The notes: generated by a model from the sequence alone, not told the origin. A stretch of 45,323 nt of DNA from Verrucomicrobiota bacterium (GCA_025360895.1 JANYBF010000286.1:1-45323); one strand, 5' to 3'. Counted from the stretch's first letter, positions 31,699 through 40,893 are shown. Translations and numbers: made by a program.

Positions 31699-34600
31699 AT
31701 GAAACTATCACGGCACCTTGCATTTTCGCTGGCCATAACTCTCACGTTTGCCGCGAATGCGGCGAACATGACACCGATTGCCATCACCGGTTTCAACCGG
31801 GACGTGATCATCGAGAGCAACGCCGCCGGCCCCCCGTACGATAGCGCGGCGCTGGAATTCAACCCCGGCGAGAACACGGCTTTTTATCAAAGTGGTTTGG
31901 CGGGCACGACCTATGGCCTGCCGGTGACGGGGAGTTTCATCAGCGCCCTAGGCGATGGGACCACTTTTCAATTCCAGCCTTACACCGGCAACAACGCCTT
32001 GGTTTTAAGCAGTGAAACCAGCATCAACTCAGGAACGCTCACGCTGACCGCACCGACTATCTACCTGCGCATTGCCTTCATCGCTCATTCCGGCAGCGGC
32101 GGTGGTACGCCGAATGTCACCTTGCATTTCAGCGACGGCAGCTCATTCGTCACGAACTACAATGCGCAAGATTGGTTTTTCAACCCCGGTTTTGCGTTGC
32201 AAGGCATGGACCGCATTGACCTCACCAGCGGAGCAACCACCGGCGGCCCCGCTGGTGATCCCCGATTTTACCAGACGACCATTGATCTGAATGGCCTGTT
32301 TGGGGCGACCAACAAGTCACTGACCAGCCTCACCTTCGATCAAGCGGCGGGGGCTGGCTCGACTGGCATCTACGCGGTCAGCGGTCTGGCGGCCAGTGTG
32401 GTAACGAATTTCACCCTGGCCGTGGTAACCAACCTTCCAGCGACCGGCATCCAGACTGCGGCGGCGGTGGTGAACGGTCAGGTCCTGGCCACCGGCGGCG
32501 ATGTTCCGACGATCACCCTTTACTACGGGCCGGCCGACGGCGGAACGAATGTAGGCAACTGGCCGCAGAGCATTGTCGTCGGGGCGCAGGCTGGTTCCTT
32601 TACGCAAGCCCTCTCCGGACTTTCGTTCAACACGACTTATTATTTCACCGCCAAAGCCGTGAATGGGGCCGGAACGTCCTGGGCAACGCCGTCCAGATTT
32701 TTTACCACGCTGACCCCAACCTTGGCAACCGTCACCAATCTTCCCGCCTCCAGCATTCAAGGAAGCTCGGCGAAATTGAACGGACAGGTTTTGACCACGG
32801 GTGGTGACACGCCCAGTGTCACCCTTTACTACGGACCAGTGAACGGTGGTACCAACCAGTCGGCCTGGTCGAATAACGTTCCCGTGGGCGGGCAAACCGG
32901 AGCGTTTGCGCAGACTATTTTTGGGCTGGCCACCAATACGACCTATTACTTTATCGCTCAAGCCGTGAACGGGGCGGGCACCACTTGGGCGGTTCCCTCC
33001 CTGTCATTCACCACGGTCGGTACCAACGCTGTGCAGCAACTGGTGTCGGTGTTGACCTATCACAACGACAACACCCGCATGGGCGTAAACTCAAACGAAA
33101 CGATTTTGACGCTGGCCAACGTGAACTCGAACAGTTTTGGCCGGGTGTTTTCTTACGCGGTGGACGGCTTTGTATATGCGCAGCCGCTGATCATGACCAA
33201 CGTGAACGTCCCCGGGAAAGGGACTCACAATGTGGTTTACGTCGCCACGGAGCATAACAGCCTTTATGCCTTCGATGCAGATGACAATTCCGGTGCCAAC
33301 GCCGCGCCGCTTTGGCAGACCAGTTTCATCAACCCGGCGGCCGGGATCACCACCGTTCCCAACGGCGATGTCGGCACAACCGATATCACGCCGGAAGTCG
33401 GGATCACGAGCACGCCGGTCATTGATCCAGTCACAGGGACGATTTACGTCGAAGTCAAGACCAAGGAGCCCGGCCCGGTTTATGTCCATCGTCTGCATGC
33501 CCTCAACCTGGCCACCGGAACCGAACGCACCAACTTCAACAGCCCCAGCATCATCGGCGCGACCAATTATCCGGGCGTTGGCACCGGCGATAACGACGGT
33601 GCGGGGCATGTGCTGTGGAATCCGCTGCGCGAACACTGTCGGCCAGCGCTCACGTTGCTCAACGGCGTGGTCTATATGGCCTTTGCCTCGCATGGCGATA
33701 ATGGCCCTTATCATGGTTGGATGCTTGCCTACAACGCAACCAATGTCACCCAGCAAGTCGGCGTCTATAACGCCACCCCCAACGGTGGGCTCGGCGGCTT
33801 CTGGGACGGCGGGGGCGGCCCGTCGGTGGACGCGCAAGGCAATCTGTATTTCCAGACCGGCAATGGCACGTTCGACGGTGGTACCAACGTCACCGCGACG
33901 AACAATTACGCCATGAGCGTGCTTAAACTCTCCACGACCAACGGAATTAAACTGGTGGACTATTTTGCACCGGCCAACGCCGTCGCCTTGAGCCAGCAGG
34001 ACCAGGACCTCGGCTCCAGCGCACCGATCATCCTGCCGGATTCGGCCGGCAGCGTGGCTCATCCTCGTTTGGTAGTGGGTGGAGGCAAGACCTCCCCCAT
34101 TTATGTGATGGACCGGGACAGTATGGGCCGCTTCAACGGCACCGCCGGCCCCAATAACATTGTTCAACTCTTTAATGGCGGTTACGGTGGTGATCGAAAT
34201 ACGACTCCGGCCTTTTTCAATAACGCCCTCTATCTCTTCGACTCAAACAAAAAAATCGGCGCCTACACGATAAACAACGGATTATTCAACACGACTCCGG
34301 TCGAAACGCCCGACACATACGACAATAAGGGCGGAGCCACCGTCAGCATTTCGGCCAACGGGACCAACAACGCCATTGCCTGGGCGATTTACAATTCCGG
34401 GGGCCAAAGTCCGGCCACGCCCTGCGTTTTGCGGGCCTATAATGCGACCAATCTCGCGCAAAAACTTTATGCCAGCGACCAGCTCGCGGCGCGCGATGCC
34501 GCCGGTTCCGGCGTCAAATTTATCGTGCCCACAATTGCCAACGGCAAAGTTTACGTCGGGGCGCAATATTCGCTGTCGGTTTATGGCAATGGTGTTTTTC

Positions 34601-37107
34601 TGGCCACGCCCACCATCGCACCGAACGGCGGAACGTTTACCAACTCCGTGACAGTCACACTCGCCGATGCGACCCCCGGGACGACAATTTATTACACCTT
34701 GGACAACTCCGTGCCGACGACCAATTCATTGCGGTACACGAGTCCGTTTGTGCTGTTCAACAGCGCCATTGTTCAGGCCGTTGCGGTCAAGGCCGGTTTT
34801 GTCAACAGCGGCGTGGCCAGCGCCACATTCCTGAACAGCTCCGCCATTGGCACGGGCACGGGGTTGCGGGGCGCGTACTGGTCAAATGTCACCGCTGCCG
34901 CATTTACGACTCCGGGTTTCAGCGTCGCGCCGACATTGGTTCGGACAGATTCGGTCGTTAATTTCGACTGGGGCAACAGCTCGCCGGATCCGAGCATCAG
35001 CGCGGATAAGTTTACCGCCCGCTGGACCGGCGCTGTGCAACCACAATTCAATGAAACCTATACCTTCTACACCACCTCGGACGATGGCGTCCGGCTGTGG
35101 ATCAACGGCCAGTTGGTGATTGATCAATGGGTGGACCAAGGTCCGACGGAATGGAGTGGTTCCATTCCCCTCGCGGAGCAGCAGCGATATAATATCCAGA
35201 TGGACTACTACGAAAACGGCGGCGGGGCGGTGGCCTCGCTTGCCTGGAGCAGCCCGTCCACTGCGAAAGTCATCATCCCCCAGACGCAGCTCTATCCCGT
35301 CACCAACCCGCCTCCCGTTGTGATCCTGAACAGTCCGGCCAACAATTCCACCTATACGGCAGCGGCCAGTGTAACCATCGGAGCGGATGCCGCGGCCCAG
35401 TATAACAGTTTGGATCGGGTGAGCTTTTATGTTGGCGGCGCCTTCGTCGGCAGCGTGAGTAATATTCCGTACACCGTGACGGCCACCGGTCTGGCCGCCG
35501 GTAGTTACGCCTTGACCGCCGTTGCGACGGACGGATCCGGGCTCAGCAAAACTTCCGCGCCAGTTAACATCACCGTGAGCGCCGGCACGGGCCAGCCCTA
35601 CGGATTGACGAGCCGGGGCGTGGCGCCGGCCTTTCTGAACATGCCGACGACCTTTGCCGGCACGCTGCCGCCGTTGCTTTCGCAAACCGGGGCGTTCACC
35701 AACACTCCCAACCTCTGGACCGCTGGCGCGTTGATTCCCTACAACGTGAACACCCCGCTGTGGTCGGATGCGGCCTCGAAGAGCCGGTGGTTTGTGGTTC
35801 CGAATGGCGGCGCACCGTACACTCCGGGCGAACAGGTCGGCTTTGCCCCGACGGGGGAATGGTCGTTTCCGGCCGGAACGGTTTTTGTCAAACACTTCGA
35901 ACTCGTCACGAACGAAGTTAGCGGCGCGAAACGCCGGCTCGAAACCCGCCTGCTGGTGCGGGATGCGGTCGGGGCCGTTTACGGCGTGACCTACAAATGG
36001 CGCAGCGACAATAGTGAAGCGGATCTACTAACCACCGGACTTGATGAAAACATCGCCATCGCGAATGCCAGCGGCGTGCGGACCCAAGTCTGGCATTATC
36101 CGAGTTCCACCGAATGCCTGCAATGCCACACGCCGGCGGCCAGCTATGTGCTCGGTCTGAATACGCGGCAGTTCAATGGCAATTTGACTTATCCGACCAC
36201 CGGCATCACCGACAATCAGCTTCGGACGTTGAACCGGATTGGGCTTTTCAATCCGGCCATCAACGAGGCGGCCATCGCTGGTTATACAAAACTATCTTCG
36301 CTTACCAATCTCAGTGCTTCGCTGGACGAACGCTCCCGTTCGTATCTTGACGCGAATTGCGCCCAGTGTCATCGCCCGGGCGGCTCCGGTCCGACCTTCG
36401 ACGCGCGCTACGACACCCCGTTGGCCAGCCAGAATATCATCAACGGGATTCTCACCAAAGGCGATCTGGGCTATGACAACGCCCGCGTGGTCGTGCCCAA
36501 GGACATCTGGCGTTCGATTCTGTACCAGCGTTCGGCCAGCCTCGATCCCACCGTGAAGATGCCGACACTGGCGAGAAATGTCGTGGATACGAACGCCATG
36601 TCCGTGCTGGCCGCGTGGATCAACAGCCTCGCGGGCACGCCTGCGCTGGCGCCCCCCACCATTGCCCCCAATGGTGGCGTCTTCAGCAGCTCGGTCAGCA
36701 TCTCGCTGCAATCCACCAATGGCGGCGACGCTCTGTATTACACGATGGATGGGTCCTTGCCGGGCACCAACTCGTTCCACTACATCGGTCCCTTCAATTT
36801 GACCAGCAATGCCACCATCATGGCCAACGCTTTCAAGGCGGGTTTCACCAAGAGTGTTGCGGCCACCGCCCAGTTCACCCTGCAACCGGGCCTGGAATTC
36901 ACCTCCGGCGGCTTCTTCACGAACAATATGTTTCAGATGCAAGTCTCCGGCACGGCTGGCAAAAGCTATTACCTGCAAGCCACAACAAACTTTATCAACT
37001 GGGTCCCGCTGGGCACGAATACGGCGGCCGCCAATTTGTTTTATCTGGTGGATCCGAAGGCGACCAATTTCATGTTCCGTTTCTATCGGGCGGTTGAACT
37101 GCCTTAA
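31699..37107 (+). CDS. giant (1802 aa) secreted mosaic protein: FN3-like x2, PQQ-like beta-propeller, CHB_HEX_C-like x2, PA14, Ig-like, two-CxxCH domain
   Basis: The signal peptide is MKLSRHLAFSLAITLTFAANA. Tandem 101-aa FN3-like repeats span 32422-33015. A propeller begins VLTYHNDNTRMGVN...VYVATEHNSLYAFDA. The PA14 domain (GLRGAYW...FTARWTG...YTFYTTSDDGVRLWINGQ) is at about 34849-35260. CLQCH is at 36115-36129 and CAQCH at 36358-36372. The C-terminus is a ..RFYRAVELP module. Confidence 0.85.
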   Translation: MKLSRHLAFSLAITLTFAANAANMTPIAITGFNRDVIIESNAAGPPYDSAALEFNPGENTAFYQSGLAGTTYGLPVTGSFISALGDGTTFQFQPYTGNNALVLSSETSINSGTLTLTAPTIYLRIAFIAHSGSGGGTPNVTLHFSDGSSFVTNYNAQDWFFNPGFALQGMDRIDLTSGATTGGPAGDPRFYQTTIDLNGLFGATNKSLTSLTFDQAAGAGSTGIYAVSGLAASVVTNFTLAVVTNLPATGIQTAAAVVNGQVLATGGDVPTITLYYGPADGGTNVGNWPQSIVVGAQAGSFTQALSGLSFNTTYYFTAKAVNGAGTSWATPSRFFTTLTPTLATVTNLPASSIQGSSAKLNGQVLTTGGDTPSVTLYYGPVNGGTNQSAWSNNVPVGGQTGAFAQTIFGLATNTTYYFIAQAVNGAGTTWAVPSLSFTTVGTNAVQQLVSVLTYHNDNTRMGVNSNETILTLANVNSNSFGRVFSYAVDGFVYAQPLIMTNVNVPGKGTHNVVYVATEHNSLYAFDADDNSGANAAPLWQTSFINPAAGITTVPNGDVGTTDITPEVGITSTPVIDPVTGTIYVEVKTKEPGPVYVHRLHALNLATGTERTNFNSPSIIGATNYPGVGTGDNDGAGHVLWNPLREHCRPALTLLNGVVYMAFASHGDNGPYHGWMLAYNATNVTQQVGVYNATPNGGLGGFWDGGGGPSVDAQGNLYFQTGNGTFDGGTNVTATNNYAMSVLKLSTTNGIKLVDYFAPANAVALSQQDQDLGSSAPIILPDSAGSVAHPRLVVGGGKTSPIYVMDRDSMGRFNGTAGPNNIVQLFNGGYGGDRNTTPAFFNNALYLFDSNKKIGAYTINNGLFNTTPVETPDTYDNKGGATVSISANGTNNAIAWAIYNSGGQSPATPCVLRAYNATNLAQKLYASDQLAARDAAGSGVKFIVPTIANGKVYVGAQYSLSVYGNGVFLATPTIAPNGGTFTNSVTVTLADATPGTTIYYTLDNSVPTTNSLRYTSPFVLFNSAIVQAVAVKAGFVNSGVASATFLNSSAIGTGTGLRGAYWSNVTAAAFTTPGFSVAPTLVRTDSVVNFDWGNSSPDPSISADKFTARWTGAVQPQFNETYTFYTTSDDGVRLWINGQLVIDQWVDQGPTEWSGSIPLAEQQRYNIQMDYYENGGGAVASLAWSSPSTAKVIIPQTQLYPVTNPPPVVILNSPANNSTYTAAASVTIGADAAAQYNSLDRVSFYVGGAFVGSVSNIPYTVTATGLAAGSYALTAVATDGSGLSKTSAPVNITVSAGTGQPYGLTSRGVAPAFLNMPTTFAGTLPPLLSQTGAFTNTPNLWTAGALIPYNVNTPLWSDAASKSRWFVVPNGGAPYTPGEQVGFAPTGEWSFPAGTVFVKHFELVTNEVSGAKRRLETRLLVRDAVGAVYGVTYKWRSDNSEADLLTTGLDENIAIANASGVRTQVWHYPSSTECLQCHTPAASYVLGLNTRQFNGNLTYPTTGITDNQLRTLNRIGLFNPAINEAAIAGYTKLSSLTNLSASLDERSRSYLDANCAQCHRPGGSGPTFDARYDTPLASQNIINGILTKGDLGYDNARVVVPKDIWRSILYQRSASLDPTVKMPTLARNVVDTNAMSVLAAWINSLAGTPALAPPTIAPNGGVFSSSVSISLQSTNGGDALYYTMDGSLPGTNSFHYIGPFNLTSNATIMANAFKAGFTKSVAATAQFTLQPGLEFTSGGFFTNNMFQMQVSGTAGKSYYLQATTNFINWVPLGTNTAAANLFYLVDPKATNFMFRFYRAVELP

Positions 37108-37127
37108 GTCTGGATGCTTGGCCCGCT

Positions 37128-37628
37128 ATGAAATTATCCCTGCTTATTTTTTTCTCGGCTCTGTTGCCGTTGGCGGCCCAAACCAACGCCCCTTCGTCAA
37201 CCAATCAAGCGCTTGCCTCCAATCAGCGCGCTGCTGAAATCCGCGCCGCCTGCATCAACGGCCGCCGTTGTGTCTGCGGCCGGGTCATTAAAATTGTGCC
37301 GGAAGGATTGATCGTGGACAGTGGTTACACGGCGCTCATGTTGCCACCGTTTAATCAGTCGTGGGTCTTCTCCGGCGGAGCATTGGTGAGTCGTGATGTG
37401 AAACTGCTGGAGCGCAACGAACCGGCCGGCCCGTGCATCGGCACCGTTCTAATCACGGACATTCCCAAGCGCCCGCCGGTCAAGCTTTACGATTATGTCG
37501 TACTTCAGGGCTATCCGGCCGGCGAATACCTCTATACTCCGGTGCCGGGAGTTGAAAAAACGATCCGCAAATTTGCCGCCGGACTCGATACCGCGGTCAA
37601 AATCAAACTTGAGACTGGTGAGAAGTGA
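37128..37628 (+). CDS. small secreted protein (hypothetical)
   Basis: This 166-aa ORF has the signal peptide MKLSLLIFFSALLPLAAQ. It starts 20 nt after the giant gene and overlaps the next gene start. I recognise no family. Confidence 0.55.
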   Translation: MKLSLLIFFSALLPLAAQTNAPSSTNQALASNQRAAEIRAACINGRRCVCGRVIKIVPEGLIVDSGYTALMLPPFNQSWVFSGGALVSRDVKLLERNEPAGPCIGTVLITDIPKRPPVKLYDYVVLQGYPAGEYLYTPVPGVEKTIRKFAAGLDTAVKIKLETGEK

Positions 37629-39027
37629 TCTGACGTTGGAACCGACGCCCCGACGAAGCTTTTCCCTCCGTTGTCTTTTCATCGGCGCGCTGTGCGCCGG
37701 ATGGTCGCTGGTTACGGCGATATCGTTTGGCGCCGGTGAAGCAAGCGCCCCTCAGAACGGACTAATTTCCCGACCGCCGGCAAAAGCGTACCTGAATATG
37801 CCGGATCGTGCGGAAGGCCCGTTTCCCAGGTTGCTTTCCCAAACCGGTGCCTTCCAGCGTACGCAGGACCAAAAACTAATAGTTTCCGAAAGCCTGATTC
37901 CCTATGACCTACTTGTTCCGTTCTGGTCCGATGGTGCGGTGAAATCACGCTGGGGGTCCGTGCCGAACGGCACGAAGATCGGATTCCAGCCCGAAGGCGA
38001 ATGGACTTTTCCGCCGGGCACGGTCTTTGTGAAAGACTTCAATCTGGTCACCGATGAAACCCGGCCGGGCGTGACCCGCCGTTTGGAAACGCGACTGCTC
38101 GTTTGCGATGCCACCGGCGGCGTCTATGGCGTCACTTACAAATGGCGGGCCGACAACCGCGACGCGGATTTGCTGGCCACAAATCTGACGGAGACGATTT
38201 TGATCAAAACCGTGACCGGGGTTCGCACCCAAAACTGGTACTATCCCAGTCGTTCGGATTGCCTCACCTGCCACACGCCGCTGGCGGGCGGCGTGCTCGG
38301 CGTCAAGACCCGGCAGTTGAACCGGCATTTAACTTTCCCATCCGGGGTCAGCGACAACCAATTACGGGCTTGGAATCATATCGGCTTGTTTGAACCCGAA
38401 TTGTCAGAAACCGAACTGGCGACCTTACCAAAACTGGCGCGCGCTGATGACCTTGCGCGCAGCCTCGAAGACCGGACGCGCTCTTACCTCGACGCCAATT
38501 GCGCGCATTGTCATCGACCCAACGGTACCGTCGCCAACTTCGATGCGCGCTACGACACGCCGCTCGCCAAACAGAATTTGATCGGGGGGCCGATCCTGAT
38601 TGATGAGGGCATTGACGGCGCGCGGGCCATTGCCCTGAACGACATCTGGCGCTCCATCCTGCTCATGCGGATCAGCCGGCTCGACGGCACCAAAATGCCA
38701 CCCTTGGCGCACAGCGAAATGGACCGGTCGGGCGTCGCGCTGGTGCGGGAGTGGATCGAAAGCCTGCCCGGCCCCAGGGTCTTACCGCCGCCGGAAATGT
38801 CTCCCCGCAGTGGCAACTACCGCCAGCCGGTGAACGTCAGCTTGAAAGTCAGCGAACCGGACGCCAGCATCCGCTACACTCTGGATGGCAGCGTGCCGAC
38901 GACGGCGGATTTGCTCTACGAAAAGCCGATTATGGTTGCGGCCCCAACGGTTGTGCGCGCGAAGGCATTTAAGCCGGGATTCACCAAGAGCATAACGGCA
39001 CAGGAGGTTTACAACGTCGGGGAATGA
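37618..39027 (+). CDS. secreted two-CxxCH (putative c-type heme) domain protein, paralog of the giant protein C-terminal third
   Basis: The GTG at 37618 is the preferred start, but TTG 37609, CTG 37615 and ATG 37495 are also in frame. It has a hydrophobic leader. RLLSQTGAF...PFWSDGAVKSRW...RRLETRLLV...YGVTYKWR is collinear with giant residues at about 35665-36640. CLTCH is at 38260-38274 and CAHCH at 38500-38514. A CHB_HEX_C-like domain is at the C-terminus. Confidence 0.8.
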   Translation: MRSDLTLEPTPRRSFSLRCLFIGALCAGWSLVTAISFGAGEASAPQNGLISRPPAKAYLNMPDRAEGPFPRLLSQTGAFQRTQDQKLIVSESLIPYDLLVPFWSDGAVKSRWGSVPNGTKIGFQPEGEWTFPPGTVFVKDFNLVTDETRPGVTRRLETRLLVCDATGGVYGVTYKWRADNRDADLLATNLTETILIKTVTGVRTQNWYYPSRSDCLTCHTPLAGGVLGVKTRQLNRHLTFPSGVSDNQLRAWNHIGLFEPELSETELATLPKLARADDLARSLEDRTRSYLDANCAHCHRPNGTVANFDARYDTPLAKQNLIGGPILIDEGIDGARAIALNDIWRSILLMRISRLDGTKMPPLAHSEMDRSGVALVREWIESLPGPRVLPPPEMSPRSGNYRQPVNVSLKVSEPDASIRYTLDGSVPTTADLLYEKPIMVAAPTVVRAKAFKPGFTKSITAQEVYNVGE

Positions 39028-39032
39028 GGGCG

Positions 39033-40124
39033 TCAATTCGCGGCCGGCCCAATTGCAATCCCCCAAGGACTGCCAGGAGATTTAACCCGCGCGACTTCCT
39101 TCTCGGTGGCGAGGTCAACCACGGAGACATCATCGGATGGCCCGTTCGCTGCGAAGAGAAACTTGCCGTCCGGCGAAATGGCAATCCCCCACGGCCGCTT
39201 GCCAACGGGGATGGTGTTCAGCAAATCACCCGTGCTGGCGTCCATCACGCACACCGTTCCTCCCCGTCCGGTGCTGGCATAAATCTTTTTCCCATCCGGA
39301 GCGACCTTCACGCCCATGGGCCGGGAACCTTTCGGCAGCAGGATGGTTTTGATTTCCTTGTGGTTGACGGAATCAATGACGTGGATTTGTCCCGTGGACT
39401 CGGAGGGAATGAACGCGCGCGAACTGTCCGGCAGAAAACCAGTCGAACGTGGTCGGCCACCCACATTGAAATGCGTAATGACTTTGAACGTCTGCGCATC
39501 AATGGCGTAGATTTCGCCTTCCGTTTCACAGGTAACATAGAAAAATTTCCCATTCGGCGCCACCCCCACTCCTTCGGGTTCCCGACCGACCGGGATGATG
39601 TGTTCGACCTTGCCGGTCGCGATGTCCAGCACGCTCGCGGTGCCCACATCCTCGTTTGAAACAAAGAGCTTTTTCCCGTCCGCGCTCAGAGCGAGTTGCT
39701 CAGGGTCCGAGCCGACGGAGATTTTGCGCAGGAGTTTCTTTTGCCCGACATCCACCACCCCAATGCCATCGGCCGCCTTGTCGGCCTTGGCGGCACTATC
39801 ATCATCATCGTCCTTGCCGCGCTTAAAGATGGGATTGCCACTCGCATCAAGTTGGGGCGGCGGTTCAATGGGCGTGCCGCTCAACGCCACATAAACGATT
39901 TTCCCATCGGGACTGTTCCGAATGCCTCGTGGCCGTTTTCCCACGGGAATTGTCGCTGTCACTTTGAAATTATCACCGGCAATAACCGTGAGATCACCAG
40001 ATTTTTCATTGGTGACGAAAACCTGATAATTTACGCTCGCCTGGCCTTCCGCCGCGGCCGATTGGAAAAGCGGCCCGCCATAGACAATGACGACAAACAA
40101 CAGATGGCCGAGGTTTAGTTTCAT
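39033..40124 (-). CDS. YVTN-family beta-propeller repeat protein, secreted
   Basis: The signal peptide is MKLNLGHLLFVVIVYGGPLFQSAAA (ATG 40124; the ORF is open to 40166). Blades of the type PRGI..SPDGK.VYVA recur, and there is an acidic insert KRGKDDDDDSAAKADK. Confidence 0.75.
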   Translation of the reverse strand: MKLNLGHLLFVVIVYGGPLFQSAAAEGQASVNYQVFVTNEKSGDLTVIAGDNFKVTATIPVGKRPRGIRNSPDGKIVYVALSGTPIEPPPQLDASGNPIFKRGKDDDDDSAAKADKAADGIGVVDVGQKKLLRKISVGSDPEQLALSADGKKLFVSNEDVGTASVLDIATGKVEHIIPVGREPEGVGVAPNGKFFYVTCETEGEIYAIDAQTFKVITHFNVGGRPRSTGFLPDSSRAFIPSESTGQIHVIDSVNHKEIKTILLPKGSRPMGVKVAPDGKKIYASTGRGGTVCVMDASTGDLLNTIPVGKRPWGIAISPDGKFLFAANGPSDDVSVVDLATEKEVARVKSPGSPWGIAIGPAAN

Positions 40125-40176
40125 AAGCTCCAGGACTTGCGGGGGCAGAGGTTTATTTTGCTTCAATGGCTTGAAT

Positions 40177-40893
40177 ATGGTAACGACAGACAGCGTTCAC
40201 CAGAATAATTTGAGCTTGATGCCAATACTTCCCCAGCCCAATCCCGCCGGCAGTTCAGCCCGGTCTCGGCCCGCCTTCACCCTCATCGAGCTGCTGGTCG
40301 TCATTGCCATTATTGCCCTGCTGGCGGCGATGTTGCTGCCGACACTGGCGCGGGCCAAACAGAAAGGGCAACAGACCGCTTGTATCAACAATTCGCGCCA
40401 GCAGACGCTCGCGATATTCATGTATGCTGAGGATAGCAGCGATACGCTTCCGCCGGTGGCTTACAACGACAAGGATGGCGATGAAGTGAGCTGGCCCTCG
40501 CTGCTGGATCCCTATCTAAGAAATCCGAAAACTCATCTTTGCCCCACCGACACGCTGGCCAAAGAAAATTCCTACGGCCTCAATGAACTGGGGTTTGTTG
40601 ATCTTACGGATCCGGGCGTGACGACCCCGAACCGTTTGGCAGACTTCCACACGGTCGCGACCACAGTGATGCTGGGCGACCTTGGCACCGAGAACGATTT
40701 CAGGACGCTGCGGCCCGATACTTTAAAAATGGTCGCGCCCGGCTCCGACCTCAATGATGATGCCGACGCCCGACCCGTCGGACGTCACCATCAACGATGC
40801 AATATCGGCTTCATGGACGGTCACATCGAATCCCTGCGACTCAATCAATTTTACCTTAAGCAGAGTCCGACCAACAAATGGTTCACACCGTAA
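40177..40893 (+). CDS. prepilin-type N-terminal cleavage/methylation domain protein with H-X9-DG motif (DUF1559 type)
   Basis: The N-terminus is [26 protein letters not shown]. The C-terminal HHQRCNIGFMDGH contains H-x9-DG. An alternative start ATG at 40219 gives a more typical short leader. Confidence 0.85.
   Translation: MVTTDSVHQNNLSLMPILPQPNPAGSSARSRPAFTLIELLVVIAIIALLAAMLLPTLARAKQKGQQTACINNSRQQTLAIFMYAEDSSDTLPPVAYNDKDGDEVSWPSLLDPYLRNPKTHLCPTDTLAKENSYGLNELGFVDLTDPGVTTPNRLADFHTVATTVMLGDLGTENDFRTLRPDTLKMVAPGSDLNDDADARPVGRHHQRCNIGFMDGHIESLRLNQFYLKQSPTNKWFTP

Noticed and set aside
39027-39033. The 5-bp gap between convergent stop codons considered as a sign of mis-annotation or gene fusion
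   Set aside because: Both ORFs have recognisable C-terminal domain ends (a CHB_HEX_C-like domain on the plus strand, the last propeller blade on the minus strand). Tight convergent packing is unusual but does not require any correction.
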